DNA of 64,000 nt from Cyanophora paradoxa CCMP329 (GCA_004431415.1 QPMI01000212.1:62001-126000), one strand, 5' to 3'; positions 24,148 to 37,633 are shown, numbered from the stretch's first letter. Numbers and translations: made by a program. Notes: generated by a model from the letters alone, not told the origin.

Positions 24148-24405
24148 GGCGATGTTGCTAAAGGGCCGCCCAGACTGGCTATTCGCTCATCGGAGCAGGT
24201 ATCGAAGTTGATTGCAATCGTGTGGCAGCTGCAGCTGCGATCGGCCGTTCCCGCCGCGAACGCTTTGTACAGGTGACGAGCGCGGAGCCGCGGCTGGCCG
24301 ACCGCGTTCAGCTGCTTCGGCGCAGAGTCGACTCCGGCCGGGGCCACATTTCGGCCGCGGGCGCCCCCCGGCTCTCCGGTCGCCCCGCGCGGCGCGAACG
24401 GCGAG

Positions 24406-27400
24406 ATGGAGCATCAGGAGACGACAACGGGTGCGTTGAGCTCGCAAAGGCCCCAAATTTTGACCGGCGAGCGCTCGTGCGACGCGTGCCGACCCTGGGC
24501 GGCGCGCAGGGCTGCGCGATACCAGCAGGGAGTCGCTGGGGCGCATGCTCACCAAGATCGCGGAGAAGAAGCAGAAGCGCGAGGAGCTGGAGGCGTTGCA
24601 CGGCGGCGGGCGCAAGAGCTCGAAGCGCGCGAAGAGCGACGGCGACTTCGCGTTCTTTGACCGCCTGGCCTCCACGTCCGCCGGCGCCGGCGCCTCGCTG
24701 CGGTTCGACCTGGGGCCGCCCGCGGGCGGCTCCTCCTCCTCGTCAGCGCCCGCCCCGCAGCCGCCGCGGCCGTCGCAGCCGTCGATCAGCAGCGCGTTCG
24801 GCCTGCGGCGAGGGGGCGGCGCGGAGGACGACGCGGCGGCGGGCGACGACGCGGCGCGGGAGGAAGCGCTCGCCGCGGGAAGCGAGGCCGGCGGGGCGGA
24901 GGCGGCGGCGGAGGCGGAGGCGGCGGCGGCGGCGGCGGTGCCTTGGGGCGACGACGGGTTCGAGGGGGAGCTGTGGGACGAGGAGGGCCCGGGGCGGGCG
25001 GCGGGTACGACGGCGAGGACGAGGACGGCGCCTGGGAGGAAGCAATCGCCCTGCAGCCCGCCGCCGCCGGCCCCGCCGCGGCGCCCGGCGGCGCGGCGGC
25101 CGGCCCGTCGACGTCGGGCGCCGGCGCCGCGCCCGTCGAGTTCGTCGCGAGCGTCGAGCTGGAGGCGGCGGGCGGGGCGAAGGCGCGGCGGGGCGGCCGG
25201 CAGCTGACGGGCGAGCAGCGGGCGGCGGCCGTCGCGGCGCACCGCGCGCACCTGCTCTGCCTCACGGCCCGCGCCGCCCGCCTCTCCGCCGCCGCCGACG
25301 ACCCGCTGCTCCAGGCCACGCTCCTCTCGCGGGCGCCGCCCTGCCCCGCCCCGCCCCGCGCCGGGCCCGCCGCCGGCTCCCTCACCGCCGGCGCCGTCGC
25401 CGGCGTCGCCTCGTGGCTGCGCGCCTCTCTGCCCCCACCGGCGCCGGCCCGCGGGGCGCACGACCCCTTCTCCGCCCCCGCCCCGGCCGGCGCCTCCGAG
25501 GTGGTCGACCTGGAGGCGGACGACGACGCCCACGGCGACGCCGACGCCCCGCGCGCCCCGCCCGCCCCGCCCGCCCCGCCCCGCCCCGCCCCGCTGACTC
25601 CGCGCAGTGCGGCCCTGAGCTGCGGGAGCGGCTGCAGCGGGCGGCGGCGGGCGGGCGGGGGGCCCGTGCCGGCCCTCAGCGCCACGGAGGGCGCGGTGCT
25701 CTTCGTGGCTGCGCTGCGCGCCCTCGGCGCCCGCGCCCGCCTCGTCTGCTCCCTCCACGTGCGCCCCTGTTTTGTCGACCGGCCCCCGCCCTCGCCCTCG
25801 CCCTCACGGCCCCGCAGCCGGTCTCGTACAAGGACCGCCGCCTGCACGAGGCCCTCTGGGGCGCCCCGCCGCCGCCGGGGCGGGACCCAAAGGAGGAGAA
25901 AGGCGCCCCGGCCTCCGCCCGTGCGCCGCCCGCCTGCCGTCGTCGGTTGGCGCGGCGCTGAGGGGCGGCCGCCTGCGCCCGCAGGGGTGCCTCGCTGCTG
26001 GACTTGCTGGAGACGATCTGCGGGCGGGAGCCGGCGGCGGGCGGCGAGGGCGGCGGGGCGGCGCGGGGGAGGGCCGCGGGGCGCCCGGGGAGGGGCCGGG
26101 GCGCGGCGCGGGGCCGGGGCGGGCGGCGCGGGGCTGTGGAGGCTGAGGCGCCCTCTCTCGCGGCGGTCGTCGCCCGCGCCCGGCGCGGCCGCGGCGGACG
26201 AGGCGGCGGGAGCGGCGGCGGCGGCGGCGGCGCGGGCGTGGCGGGGCGGCGGGGGCTCTGCGGGGCGAGGTGCCGGCGTGGGCCGAGTTCCTGCTGGGGC
26301 CCGACGGCTTCCGGTACCCCCGCGCGCCTCACCCTTGCCCGCCGCGTCACACGGGGGCGCAGGTGGGCGGCGGCGGAGCTGTGGGGCGGGGCGGTGGACG
26401 ACCCCGCGGGGGCCGTGCGCGCCGCCTGCGGGCCGGGCGCCCCGCCGGCCTTCGTGGTGGGCCTGGAGGCCGGCCGCGCCCCGCGGGAGCTGAGCGCGCG
26501 GTACGCCCCGCGCTGGTCGGCGGCGCTCGCCGAGCGGCGGGCGGCCGGCGAGGCCTGGGCCGCCGCTCTCGCCGCCCTGCGCCTCCCGGGGCCCGAGGGC
26601 GGGCCCGAGGCCGCCGCCGCCGCCGCCCCCGCCGCTCGCGCCCCCGCCGGCGTCAGCGCCGAAGACATCGAGGAGGTGCCGCGCGCCGGGGCGCCCGCGC
26701 GGCGGCCTCCGACGCGCCGGGGGCCAGGACCGGTGCGCGCGGGAGGAGGCGGAGCTGGCGGGGGCGGCGCAGGACGAGCCCGTCCCCACGACCCTCGCCG
26801 CCGCCAAGAGCCACCCCCAGCGCGCCCCGCCCCGCCCCGTTCTCCGCTTCCCGTCCCGAGCGCGCCCCGCGGGGCGCAGGTACGTCCTGGAGCGGCACCT
26901 GAAGAAGTACGAGGGGCTGCACCCGCGGGCCCCCGTCGGCTTCATCGGCAAGGAGGCGGTGTACCCCCGCTCGGCGGTGCGCCTCCTGCACACCCGCGAG
27001 CGCTGGCTCCGCGAGCTCCGCCAAGTCCGCGTGCGCCGATACCCCTCCCGCTCGCCCGCGCCCGCCCCGCCCGCCCCGCCCACGCCGCGCGGCTCCGCGG
27101 CAGGAGGGCGAGGAGCCGTTCAAGGTGGTCAAGCACAAGCCGCGCGGCTCGGGCTCGGGCCGGCGCGGCCCTGGCCCGCGGGGGCGCCCCGTCGGCCCCG
27201 TCGACGTCGCCGGCGGGGGCGGGGGCGGGGAGGCTGAGGCGGGGGAGGAGGGCGGACCCGCCCTCGAGCTGTTCGGAGAGTGGCAGACGGACCCCTGGCT
27301 ACCCCCCGCCGCCGCCGGCGGCAAGGCGCGCCCCCCGCGAGTGCCGCCGGCCGCTGCTTCTGACGCGGGCGGCGCAGGTGCCGAGGGGCCCGCGGGGCCA

Positions 27401-28123
27401 CGTCGAGCTCTGGACGCCGCGCCACGTGCCCCGCGGCTGCGTCCACCTGCCCCGTGCGCCCCGCCGGGCGGGAACCGGGCGGGATTCGAGGTCTGACCCG
27501 GCGCCGGCGGGGCGCGGCAGAGGCGCGGGCGTGGCAGGCGGCCAAGGCCCTGGGGGTCGACTACGCGGACGCCATGACGGGCTTCGAGGCGCGCCGCCGC
27601 CCCGCGCGCCCCGCGCCCTCCCCTCCGAGCGGGCGGGCGCGGGCAGGTGCGGCAGGGCCGCTCGGTCCCCAAGTTCGAGGGGGTCGTCGTCTGCGCCGAG
27701 TTCGCCCCCGCCGTCCGCCAGGCGCGCCCCGCTCCGAATCCGCGCCCGGGCCCGTCGACGTCGGCCTGAGCGGCTGAGCGGCGGGCGGGCGGGCAGGCGC
27801 TGGCGGAGCAGGAGGGCCGCCGCGAGGAGAAGGAGCGCGCCAGGCGGGAGGCGGCGCTGCTCGACCGCTGGGGCGCCCTCCTCCGCGCCGCCGCCGCCCG
27901 CCGCCGCCTCGCCGAGGCCTACGGGCCCGCCGGCCCTGCCCCGCCCCAGCCGCACGGCTCCGGCTCCGCCTCCCCTGCGGGGGCGGGGGCGGGCCCGGGG
28001 CCCGGGCGCGGGGGCCGGTGCGAGCGGCACGCGTTCGAGGATGCGGGGGAGGCGGGGGGGGAGGGGCCGCCCCTGCAGCGCTGCAGCCGCTGCGGCCTCC
28101 TCGCCGCCGTCGAGCGCATGTAG
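24406..28123 (+). CDS. XPC: DNA damage recognition protein XPC/Rad4 (multi-exon)
   Basis: HRAHLLCL, YVLERHLKKYE, AVYPRSAVRLLHTRERWLRE, LFGEWQT, GKVPRGPRGHVELW, LGVDYADAMTGFE, PKFEGVVVC; C-terminus RCSRCGLLAAVERM*; start approximate. Confidence 0.92.
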
Positions 28124-28342
28124 CTAGCTGGCCATGGCCGGGCCGCGAGGCTCTTCAATTTCGCAGGAAACAGCAAAACAATATTAATCGGGGGCCGGCC
28201 GACGAATGTAAGACGCATGCGCAATGGCTTCCGCCGACTGGGGCCCAGTCTGGGGGACCAGTGGGGGTACATGCAACCTCCGTAGTCGCTGTGTGCGCTA
28301 GCCGGCGCCCCGCGGTGTCGATCGAGCTCATCCACCGGAGCG

Positions 28343-29645
28343 ATGGCATTAACTGCGCATCATCCTTTTCGAATACAGCTCGCTGGCTGGCGTAGGTGGC
28401 GATGTCAGCGAATGTCGGCGCCAGCTGCGTATGCAGCGGCAGGCGCAACCGGCCGCTCCACCGGCATGCGCAGACTTTACAGCGACATCTCTTTGTACCG
28501 TGCCATCATCCCGGGTGCGCACAGTCTGTTGGCGTCGTTCTCTTCCGATCGATATCAGATCCGCTGACGCGCGCGCGCCGCGCGTAGTCGAGAAGGTGGA
28601 AGAGGCAAAGGAAAAGCTGCGGCGGCGGAACAATGTCGAGCGCGAGGGCCTGCATATCGTCATGCTGGAAGGGCCCGGCGGCGCCAACAAGGGCGGGCTC
28701 CTCGCGCGCCTGCAGGCACTCGGCTACACGACGCACAAGCGAGTTCGATTGTTGGCTTTGCGTCGCGCGTGTCGGCGTTCGCGCGCCGCTGATCGACGGC
28801 TCACGCGCGGCGCGGTACCGGTTGCAGCACTCGGTACATTGACCTTTACAAAAAGGTGGGCTGTATCGCACTGCGGCGCCTCTGTACCGTGCGGCTCTGC
28901 GGCTCACGCCCGCGGCGGGCACCGTCCGCAGTATCCGAGCTACGACACCTTCGGGGGCATCCTGGGCGTGCGCTGGGCGGCTGCCTGCATCGACGCCGTC
29001 GAAGCGCTGCACCGCCGCTATGAGGTCTGCCGGCCGTGGGCGGCTGGCCTTGAACTCGAAACCGAACTCCCGCGGCGCAGAAGGAACCGAGCTCGTTCCT
29101 TGGGGGCCTGGCCTTCGTGCACCGCTCGCCCCTCTCGCCGAGGATCCACTATCGAGCCAAATACGGCATCCCAGATACCAAGTATGGGGATGCAGAACAC
29201 ATCATCATGGCTGCAAGAGAGCTGGCGGACTACGGCTGCTCCGTCATCCTCTGCAAAGCGGACCCGGAGGCTACCAGCCGCACCCTCTCGTGCGTACCCC
29301 CCTCGCCAGGGGTACGGCTTCCAAGGAACGAGCAGCGCCCTCGCAGCGAGCGGCGCGCGCAGGCGGGGAACGTGGAGCGGGCGCTGCGGGAGCGACTCGG
29401 CGAAGACGATGCGCGGTACCAGGTACCCCTCCAGCGCCCCCCCCCCCCCCCCCCCTCCTCCCTAACCAATCTCTCCCCCCCTCCCCCCGCTTCTGAGCCT
29501 GGCCGATGGGTGTGTGCCGCCGCTGCAGAAATGGGTCCTCGACCTCTACGAAGAAAATGGCCTCTTCTGGCCCTTCAGGGGCGTCAGCGTCGTCACGACC
29601 GACTCGGAGCGCGCGGCGTCCGCGCTCCTCCGCGTGCTCGAATAG
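28343..29645 (+). CDS. Thymidylate/deoxynucleoside kinase-like P-loop protein with degenerate motifs
   Basis: HIVMLEGPGGANKGGLL, AFVHRSPLS, VILCKADPE; ends ALLRVLE*; start uncertain. Confidence 0.6.
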
Positions 29646-30585
29646 TTTTAAGCGCGATGAGACGGACGTATTGAGCATGTCCCATATACGTGATCTTAGC
29701 CCTGCGCATGCAGCTCCGGATCCCCCAGCCTCCCGGCCTGCCCCCCTCCCCTTTTTAACCCCCCTTCGAATCCGTGTACCCCGCGACGCGATACCGTGTC
29801 CCCGAACTTCGGAACGGCAGAGCTTGTCGGCAGGCCTCGGGTCTGGGCACGTGCACACGCCGCGCACGTGCACAGAGCTAGCCGGGCCTCTAGATCTAGA
29901 TCTAGATCTCCAGCCCCGGGTACACAGCGGGACCCAAGCGGTCTCCAGATCCCCGGCGGTCTCCAGATCGGATACCGACCCTCTCGTTGTGTTTGTAAAG
30001 AGGGCCGGCCGGCGCCGCTCTTCCAATTCTCCGGCGCGCGCAGAGCGGCCCCAACTGCAGGTCCTCTTGCTGACTGAGCTTCCCCCTAGGCCTCCAGCGG
30101 CCATGTTCGCAGAGGCCCCGCGGCCGGCCCTGTACCCGGGGGCCAGGGGGCCGGGCGGGGATTTTTCTCGGTGTCGCCCGACCCTAGCGGTGGCCGGGGC
30201 CGCCGTCAGGCTGCAATATATATATATATACCCTCGTTCTAAGCATACTTCCGGCGGCCCAAAGCGAGCACTCCGAGGCTCCTTCCTTAGCTGCACGCCC
30301 CTCGCCCGACGTTTCTGTACCCCGGCGGTCTTCAATTCGAACGCCGATCCCCTCGCTGCATTCGCGGTGAGCGAGGGCCGCTCTTCCGGATCCTAAGCTT
30401 CTGCACGCCCGGGGCGGCCCGCACCGCAGGTCCTTTTGCTGACTGAGCATGAGCTAGAATAGGCTGCACAAGTACAAGTGCGGCCGCCGCGCATGGCGAA
30501 TGACTCTGCAAGAGCTGCAGAGCAAAGACTTCGAATTCCTGCGACCTGGAGTCCGGGACGGGCCAGCACACGGCGAGCTCGACGA

Positions 30586-33500
30586 CTACGCGGTGTCCAT
30601 GACGTCCACGGCCGCCCCCTCCCCCTCCTCCTCCTCCTCATCCTCCTCATCATCCTCGCCCTCCTCCCCGTCCTCAGGCGGCGCTCCCGGCCCCGCGGGC
30701 GCCTCCGCCGGGTCGCCGGCGCCGGGGCCGCCCCGCTCGGCGTCGCTCTCGGCCTTCACGTCGACGCTCTCGCCCTCCGCGTCCGACGCCGCCTCCGGGC
30801 CCGAGGCCGCCCCCGCCCCCTCGCCCTCCTGCGCCCCGGCTGGCTGCCCTGCAGGCGCCGCCGCCGCCGCCGCCGCGGCGCTGCGCTCCTGCCGGGCGCG
30901 CTGGAGCGCCTCGCGCGCCCGCGCCTCGCGCGCGGCCACCTCCTTCGCCGCCGCCCGCGCCCTCTCCTGCGCCGGGCGGTCGGGCGCGCGGCGCGCGGCG
31001 CACGGCGGGGGTCGACGCGGGCGGGGCGCACGAGGGCCTCGTGGACGCGGGCGGCGAAGTGCGCGAAGAGGCCGGTCGCCGCCTCCTCGCCCGCCACGAG
31101 CCCGCGCAGCCGAGCGAGGTGCGCCCGCGCCGCCTCGACGGGCGCCCGCTCCGCCCCGCCAGCGCCTCCAGCGCCCCGCGTGCTCCCGCAGCGGCGAGGC
31201 CGCCAGCCGCTGCGCGGCGCCCGGGCCGGTCAGGCGCGGGGCGGGGCCGGGGCGGGCGGGGCGGGGCGCCTTCTGGAGGGCGGGGCGGCGAGGGCGGCGC
31301 GGAAGGCGGCGAGCTCGGCCTCCTCGCGCTCCAGCGCCGCCAGCGCCGCGTCCACGCGCGCCGCCGCCTCCTGCCGCCCCCGCTCCACCCCGGCCCGCAG
31401 CGCCCCCCCGCCGCCTCCGCCTCCGCCTCCTGCGCGCCCCGCGCTCGGGCCGGGCGGGGCGAGGGCGCGGCGGGGGCCGGCGGGGCCCGGGAGGGCGGAC
31501 GCGGTTGCGGGCGGTGGCGGCGCGGTCGGCGAGGCGCGCGAGGGCGAGGTCCAGCGGGTCCTGCCCGCCCGCCGCCCCCGCCGCCGCCGGCGCCGGCGCC
31601 GCGGCGTCCCCATGCCGCTCCCCAGCGAGGCGATCGAGGCCGGGAGGCCCTGCCGCGGGGCTCGGCGCGGGGCGCGGCGGGGCGGGGCGGGCGGCGGGGC
31701 GCGCACCCGCAGGGTCTCGAGCTCGGGGCGGTGCATAAGGGCCGGATGGCGGCGCAGAGGATGCCGTGCGACTCGTACGGGATCAGGTCGCCCACGGCGG
31801 CGCGGATGACCCTGCGGGGCCGTCGGCCGGCCGAGGGGCGGGAGGTGGGCGGGGCGGCGGGCCGGGGGCGGCACCGGTCGATCTTGAGCATCTCGGGGGG
31901 CAGCCCCTCGGGGGCGACCTCGGCGAGGCACTCCGCGACCGTCCGCCCCGCCCCCGGCGGCTTCGAGCTCGGCCCGGCACCGGCGGCCGCCTGCCCGGCC
32001 GGCCCCGTCAGGCCCGCGCTCGCGGGGAGAAGGGCGGGCGGCACCTGCTGAAGAGGGTCGCCGAGGAGGGCTTGGCGGCCGACTGCGAGCCCGACGCCCC
32101 CGCCTCCGCCTTCGACGCCGAGCGCGGGGGCGGCGGTGGCGCCGCCGCCTTCGCCGGCGCGGGTGCTGCTGCTGCCGCCGCCGCCGCGCTCGAGGGCGCC
32201 GGGGCCGGCGCAGGCGCCGCGGAGGGCGCGGGGCCGGGGCCCCAGCGAGGCCGATGCTGGGCGCCTTGATGCGGATCTTTATGCTGCCTCCGGTGGGGGA
32301 CTGCGCCGGCTGGGCCGCGGGGCTCGGCAGCGGCGGCTCGGGCGGCGCGTCGGCCGCCCGCTCGCTCCGGGCCCCCGCGCTGTCCTCCCCGCTCTCCTCG
32401 CTCCCGTCGCCGTCGCCGCCCACTGGAAGAGGCCGCTCGCTGTTAGACGGTGGCGGCCGGGGCGGCGGCGGCTGCGCACCGATGTCGATGCGCCCGTCGT
32501 CGTCGTCGTCGGGACCCTCCGCGCCCGAGGCCCGCTGCGGGCGGGGCGCCCCCTCGCGCGCCTTCTTCTGCTTCTTTTTGCCGCCCTCCGAGGAGCCCGG
32601 GGCCGGGCGCTTGCGCTCGCCCCCGAAGGAGACGCGCTCCGGCGGGGCGGCCGTCGTGTAGTGCAAGTCGGCTGGGCCCCGCGGTCAGCGCGAGGCGGCG
32701 GGGGCGGGGGCGCGGGGCGCGGGGCGGGGCGCACAGGGCCGGAAGCGGAGGAGCTGCGTCTTGGCGTACTTCTTCTGCTGGAGACCGCCGTAGCACCAGA
32801 GCTCCCCGTCCACCGTGCACCCGCACGCCCCCATCACCATCCCTGCCCGCCGGCCCGCCGGCGCGCGTCACGGGCGGCCTCAGGGGGCGCGCGCGGGGCC
32901 GGGCGGCTCGGGCGGGGCGACCTGCGAGCGCCTCGTGGCCCTCCACGCTCCGCTCCCACGTCCCGCGAACTGCGCCCCCGTCAGCGCCGCAGAGGCCCGA
33001 GCCGCAGACGCGGGGGGCCCCCGCTCGCCCGTGTCGAGCCTGTAGACGAACTGGCGCCCCCCGGCCGGTCAGCGGGGCGCGGGCGAGGGCGCGGGGCCCG
33101 GGGGGAGAGGGGGGCCGACGCACCGGTCCGAGGCCTCCGCCGACGACGTAGACGTGCGTGCCGCTCGAGCTCTCCACGTGCCACGCGCACGGCGGCAGCG
33201 CCACTGCGCCGCCGGCGTCGGCGCCCCGCGAGTGCCGCAGCGCCGGGCCGAGGCGGGGGGCTCGCACCGGAGGGGCCCTTGGGCGTCACCCGCTTCACCA
33301 GGTGCCGCCCTGCCGTGTCGGGTTGCAGTCAGACGCCGCGAGGACGGCGGGCGGGAAGAGAGGCGCGCGGCCACGCACTGGGATCTATTTGGAAGACGTC
33401 TGCCGTACGAAGCGACGCGTCAGCCGGCGGAAGCGAGCGCCAGCGCGGGCGCAAGGGCGTCGGCCCGCCGCGGACCGTTCACTGCGCGCCGCTGGTACTG

Positions 33501-34981
33501 GCCGCCCTGCAGCGCGCGCGTCGGGCAAGTGGGCGAGGAGAAGGGGGGCGGGGGCGGGGGGGGCGGGGGGGGTACGAACGATAATGTAGAGGCTGTCCCT
33601 GACGCAGCTCGCCGTGGCGGCCGCCCGCACGGGGAACTGCGTGGCACCCCGCCGCCCCGCCGCGTCAGCCGCGAGGCGGGGCGGGGCGGAGCGGAGCGGC
33701 AGGCGCCCCCCAACACCCCCGCACCTCCGTGTCCTGCGCGCGACGGGCCATCAGCGCGGAGCGGCGGGGTCGCTCGGGCGGGCGGGCTTGGTCCCACCGC
33801 GGGCAGTAGGCGGCCCTTGATGTCTAGCGCCCCGTTCCCGTGCGCTGCCGGCCGCTGAGGGCGGGCGCGACGGCCGGGGCGCGGGCCGCGCACCGTCAAA
33901 GCTGAACTTGAGGGGCCAGCAGGAGTTGAAGTAGGGAGAGGTCTTGCCTGCGGCGCGCGGGAGGCCGTCGGCGAGGGGCACGGGCAGCGGGGCCCCGGGG
34001 CCGGGGCGGCGGCGCGCACAGTCCTCGTCGCTCTGGCCGGCGACGATGTAGAAGGTGTCGCCGGCGCGCGCGCTCGCGAAGTAGAGGCCCTGGGGCGGGT
34101 ACGCGAAGGTCGACTCCGGCCGCCCGACGAGCACCTCCGCCCCCTCGATGACCTGCACCTCGATCTGCCCGCTCCCGTTCTCCCTGCGCCGCTTCAGCGC
34201 ACGCGCGACCGGCGCACCGCGCCGCGCGCCGCGGGCGCGCGACGCGCCTGAGGATGAACGCGTCGTTGGTGCTGAACTTCGCCTGCGCGCCGCGGCCGGT
34301 CAGCGCGCCAAGGGCGGGTTGCTCGCTCACGGAAAGAGGCAGGGCAGCCGTACCGTCTTCCCCTCTTCCTCATCGTCTTTCCCGATCCACGCCCCTGCAC
34401 ACGCCGGGAACCAGTGCGATTACACCCCGGCCGGCAGAACCTCGTGATAGCTGCGTACCACCAAACACGGCGACTCTGGGGCCCGCCGGCGTGTCGTAGA
34501 CCGTCGCGGCGTGTGCGGTGAGCGGCGGGAGTCGTTCGGCGTGCCCTGGCGCGAACCTGTGCGGGGCGTGAGTACTTCCGAGGCGCGCGCCCGCCGAGAC
34601 ACGGCGCACGGCTTCCGCGTCCACGACGCGCGCTTCCGGTTGAACGCGAAGATGGCGCTATGGTAGCTGGGAATGGTGGAGTCAGCGGAAGCATACGAGG
34701 CTCGGCGAAGTCAGCGGGGAAGCGGAGCGGGCTTCGAATGCTATAGCTGCTTGTTTGGCGGCGCCTTCGCTAAATTGGAGCTCTCGGCTGCACGACCGCT
34801 TGAAGCACCTGTGCGGCGTCGCTGGGTTCACTTTAAATCGACCGCTGTAGCCACAGACGAGCCAGAAGATGTCATTTCCGACATACACGAGCTGCGCGTA
34901 ATCCTTCTGCGGCGGCGCGTCCGTGGCGAAGAACTCGATGGGAATCTCGTTGCCGACGGACTGCGCGGCTTTCGCAGCCAT
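30586..34981 (-). CDS. Kelch-repeat protein with basic NLS-like stretch and C-terminal coiled coil (multi-exon)
   Basis: LVCGYSG, HAATVY...VAVFGG, FYIVAG, YIIVGG, VYVVGG, LWCYGG; GGKKKQKK; Ala/Glu/Arg coiled coil; acidic tail ending VDVMDTA*. Confidence 0.75.
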
Positions 34982-35593
34982 TCTCGCCGCGTCGACGCCT
35001 CAGCTGCAGATTCGACCACAGTACTAGTTCAACGGAGTTCGATCGGCGCAGTTCGGCGTTCCGCCGCGTTCGCTGTTCCCAGGGTACGCAGATCTAGAGC
35101 CTTCAAATTTCGCCCGGCGCCATATGCATGGCCATGCGCGGCCAAGTCGGCCCGCCATATGTACGACGCAAGTGCCGCAGTGCGCCTGCAGGCCTGACCA
35201 CCAGGAAGTGCAAGTTTGTGTAGCAGACATAGATCTAGATTGAGCAACGGAGAGACAACATGTACAGTCACCTCGATCAGAGTGATGGGAAGGGTACATA
35301 GGTGCGGGTATGCGCAGGCAGGGGCGCCTGCGCAGAAGCCGCGCAGATCGCGGGCAGCTGCGTGGATTCGGGAGGGGGCTGCAGGAGACGAGGGGAAGAG
35401 ATCGTGGTGCAAGGGACGGGAATATCAAATGGGAGGAGGAGACAAGAGAGAGGAGGAAAGAGACAGGATCGGAAACGGCTGTGCGATAGCGACGGGACTC
35501 GGGAGAAGCAGCCAGTTTGCGGGGGGAGAAGGGACTCGGGAGGGGCAGAGTGCAAGCGGCGGCTGGGACGGGGCCGGGGGGTGGCGCCCGGGG

Positions 35594-36286
35594 CTAGTAG
35601 TAGACGAGCTTGCAGCAGACGATGGCTGATATCACCGTCGCCTCCACCAGCGCCGGGAACGCGCTGCCCGCCGCCCCGTGAGCCGAGGCCGAAGGCGGAG
35701 GCGCGCATGCGCAGCGCGAGGGGCACCAGGTGAAGCCGAAGATGTACCAGTACCAGACGGACGCCCACGTGTCGACGATGAACATCGTACCGAAGAAGAG
35801 CCCCACAAGGTGGCAGAGGATCTCTGCCCCGCACGCCGTCGGCCCCGGTGCGCTAGCGCACGGGGCATGCGCGGCGGGCACGCACCGAAGAGGCTCACGG
35901 TCGTCGTGAACATCGTGAAACCTCCAAATAGGCCGACGTACTCAATGAAGAAGCAGAAATAAGACAGCGCCAACGCCACGGTGATGCTGCGAAGCCGCGG
36001 GTGGGAGGAGTTAGCTACGGCGCGGACGCGGCACTGGCGGCCACGCACCTCGTATCATCTCGGTTAAAGTCGTCCTGAGAGAATGTCGGGGGCAGCCCTG
36101 TCTTGACATTGTCCGCCTGCGGCCAGCGGCGGAGAAAGGCGGGAAGACATCAGCGGAGGCTGCTGCGAGGCCGCGGATGCAGCTCGCGCGAACCCTATTG
36201 AAAGCGATCATGATGGTCAAGATGAGATGGCCCGTGAGCACCAGGAACCGCGTCGGCACCAGCGTCGACAAAGCATCCGACCCCAT
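35594..36286 (-). CDS. TMEM107: Transmembrane protein 107 (ciliary transition zone)
   Basis: LVPTRFLVLTGHL...GLFGGFTMF...WYWYIFGFT-AFPALVE matches TMEM107 family motifs. Confidence 0.92.
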
Positions 36287-36436
36287 TGCTGCCAACTCCT
36301 CGAGGGCGTATCAGAGTGGAACTGCTATGCGCGGCGTCGACCGATGCTGACTATGCAAGGCTAGCGCTGGTGTGTGCTCGGGCCAGGTCAGCTTGAAGTT
36401 TAGGAGTACACGATTCTCAGACGCGCCTCAACAGCG

Positions 36437-36752
36437 ATGGTCAACGCGATCCGCGGGATGCTGGTAACCTGGTATGCACTCTCCGAGTCGCTCTGGCCCG
36501 CCGCCCGGACGCCTCACGCCGCGCTCAGCGACATCCCGACGATGACGTTCGTGCTCTTCCTCGACAAGGAGCACAAGTTCGTCATTCAACAGCTTGACGA
36601 CACGCACGTTCTCATCGATCCGCGCGGCGTGGACATCATCAAGAGTGCGCCCGCCCCGCCGTGACCGCGAGCAACCCTAACAATCGCATGCCGCAGAGCG
36701 CCTCGCTGAGATGCAGGCCGAGATCACATTCGCGCCACTTGACCTGAAATGA
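36437..36752 (+). CDS. TFB5: TFIIH subunit Tfb5/GTF2H5 (3 exons)
   Basis: MVNAIRGMLVTCDIPTMTFVLFLDKEHKFVIQQLDDTHVLID... Confidence 0.93.
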
Positions 36753-37282
36753 GCTCCTCAGCAAGTCGCAGCGAGCGCTCCCCAGGCCCAGCCAGCGGCT
36801 TCAGCGATTGCTAGCGCTCTGAGCACTCGCTTTCATCCGCGAAGCTTGATAACAACAGTTGCGGATGGCGACCAGCAGAAAACGCGCGGCGCTCCCTCGG
36901 TGTCCCACCGCGCAAGCTCGCCAGCGGGCCCAATCAGCTGCCTGCAGCCGCCAACTGCAGGTGCACCGCCGCGCCGGCGCGCGGCCGAGGCAGCCGAGTC
37001 GCTGCTGTCAACGCGGGCATGCACATCGAGGAGCTGCCCTTGTAGCCAACCAGCCTTGCCCCCAGCTATGACCCAGCTGCGCGCGGCTGCGACAGCAGCA
37101 GCAGGACAGCTCAACCTGCAATTTAGCTACAACTGAGTAGATGCAGCGACTGCAAGCTTAGAGCTCATCGCCGTCGATGACGTTTGAAAAGAGAATGCAG
37201 CATTGTGGATGCTTGATAACGGTCGGGAGGGGTCCAGAGGCGCGCGCGGGGGCGCGCGGGGGCGCGGGGGGAGTGGTGGGGG

Positions 37283-37633
37283 CTACCGCTCGCGTTCACC
37301 CGGCCAGCCTGGGTGCCAGCCGGGGCCACCATAGAAGGGCCCGAAAGCCCAGGGCCCCCCGGCGGGCGCGTCTACGAAGTGCCCGCCCTCGACCTCCAGG
37401 CCCGAGATGTAGAGCTGGAGTCGCTGCAGGCGGTGCTCGACGCTCTCCCGCCGCGCGCAAGCCACGAAGCCGCGCCCGCTCTCCGCCTTGCGCGCGTGCA
37501 GCAGCTCCCGCCTCAACGCCTCTCCGTCGGGGCGCGCGAAGGCGGACCAGGCCGGCGCCAGCGGTCCCCCAGACGACGCCGACCTGCCGGCGTACGTTGT
37601 CAGCTGCGCGTAGAAAGAAGAAGGAGGAAGCAT
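37283..37633 (-). CDS. Small hypothetical protein
   Basis: 116-aa ORF with protein-like composition (EALRRELLHARKAE...LQRLQLYISGLEVE); no family recognised. Confidence 0.35.
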   Translation of the reverse strand: MLPPSSFYAQLTTYAGRSASSGGPLAPAWSAFARPDGEALRRELLHARKAESGRGFVACARRESVEHRLQRLQLYISGLEVEGGHFVDAPAGGPWAFGPFYGGPGWHPGWPGERER

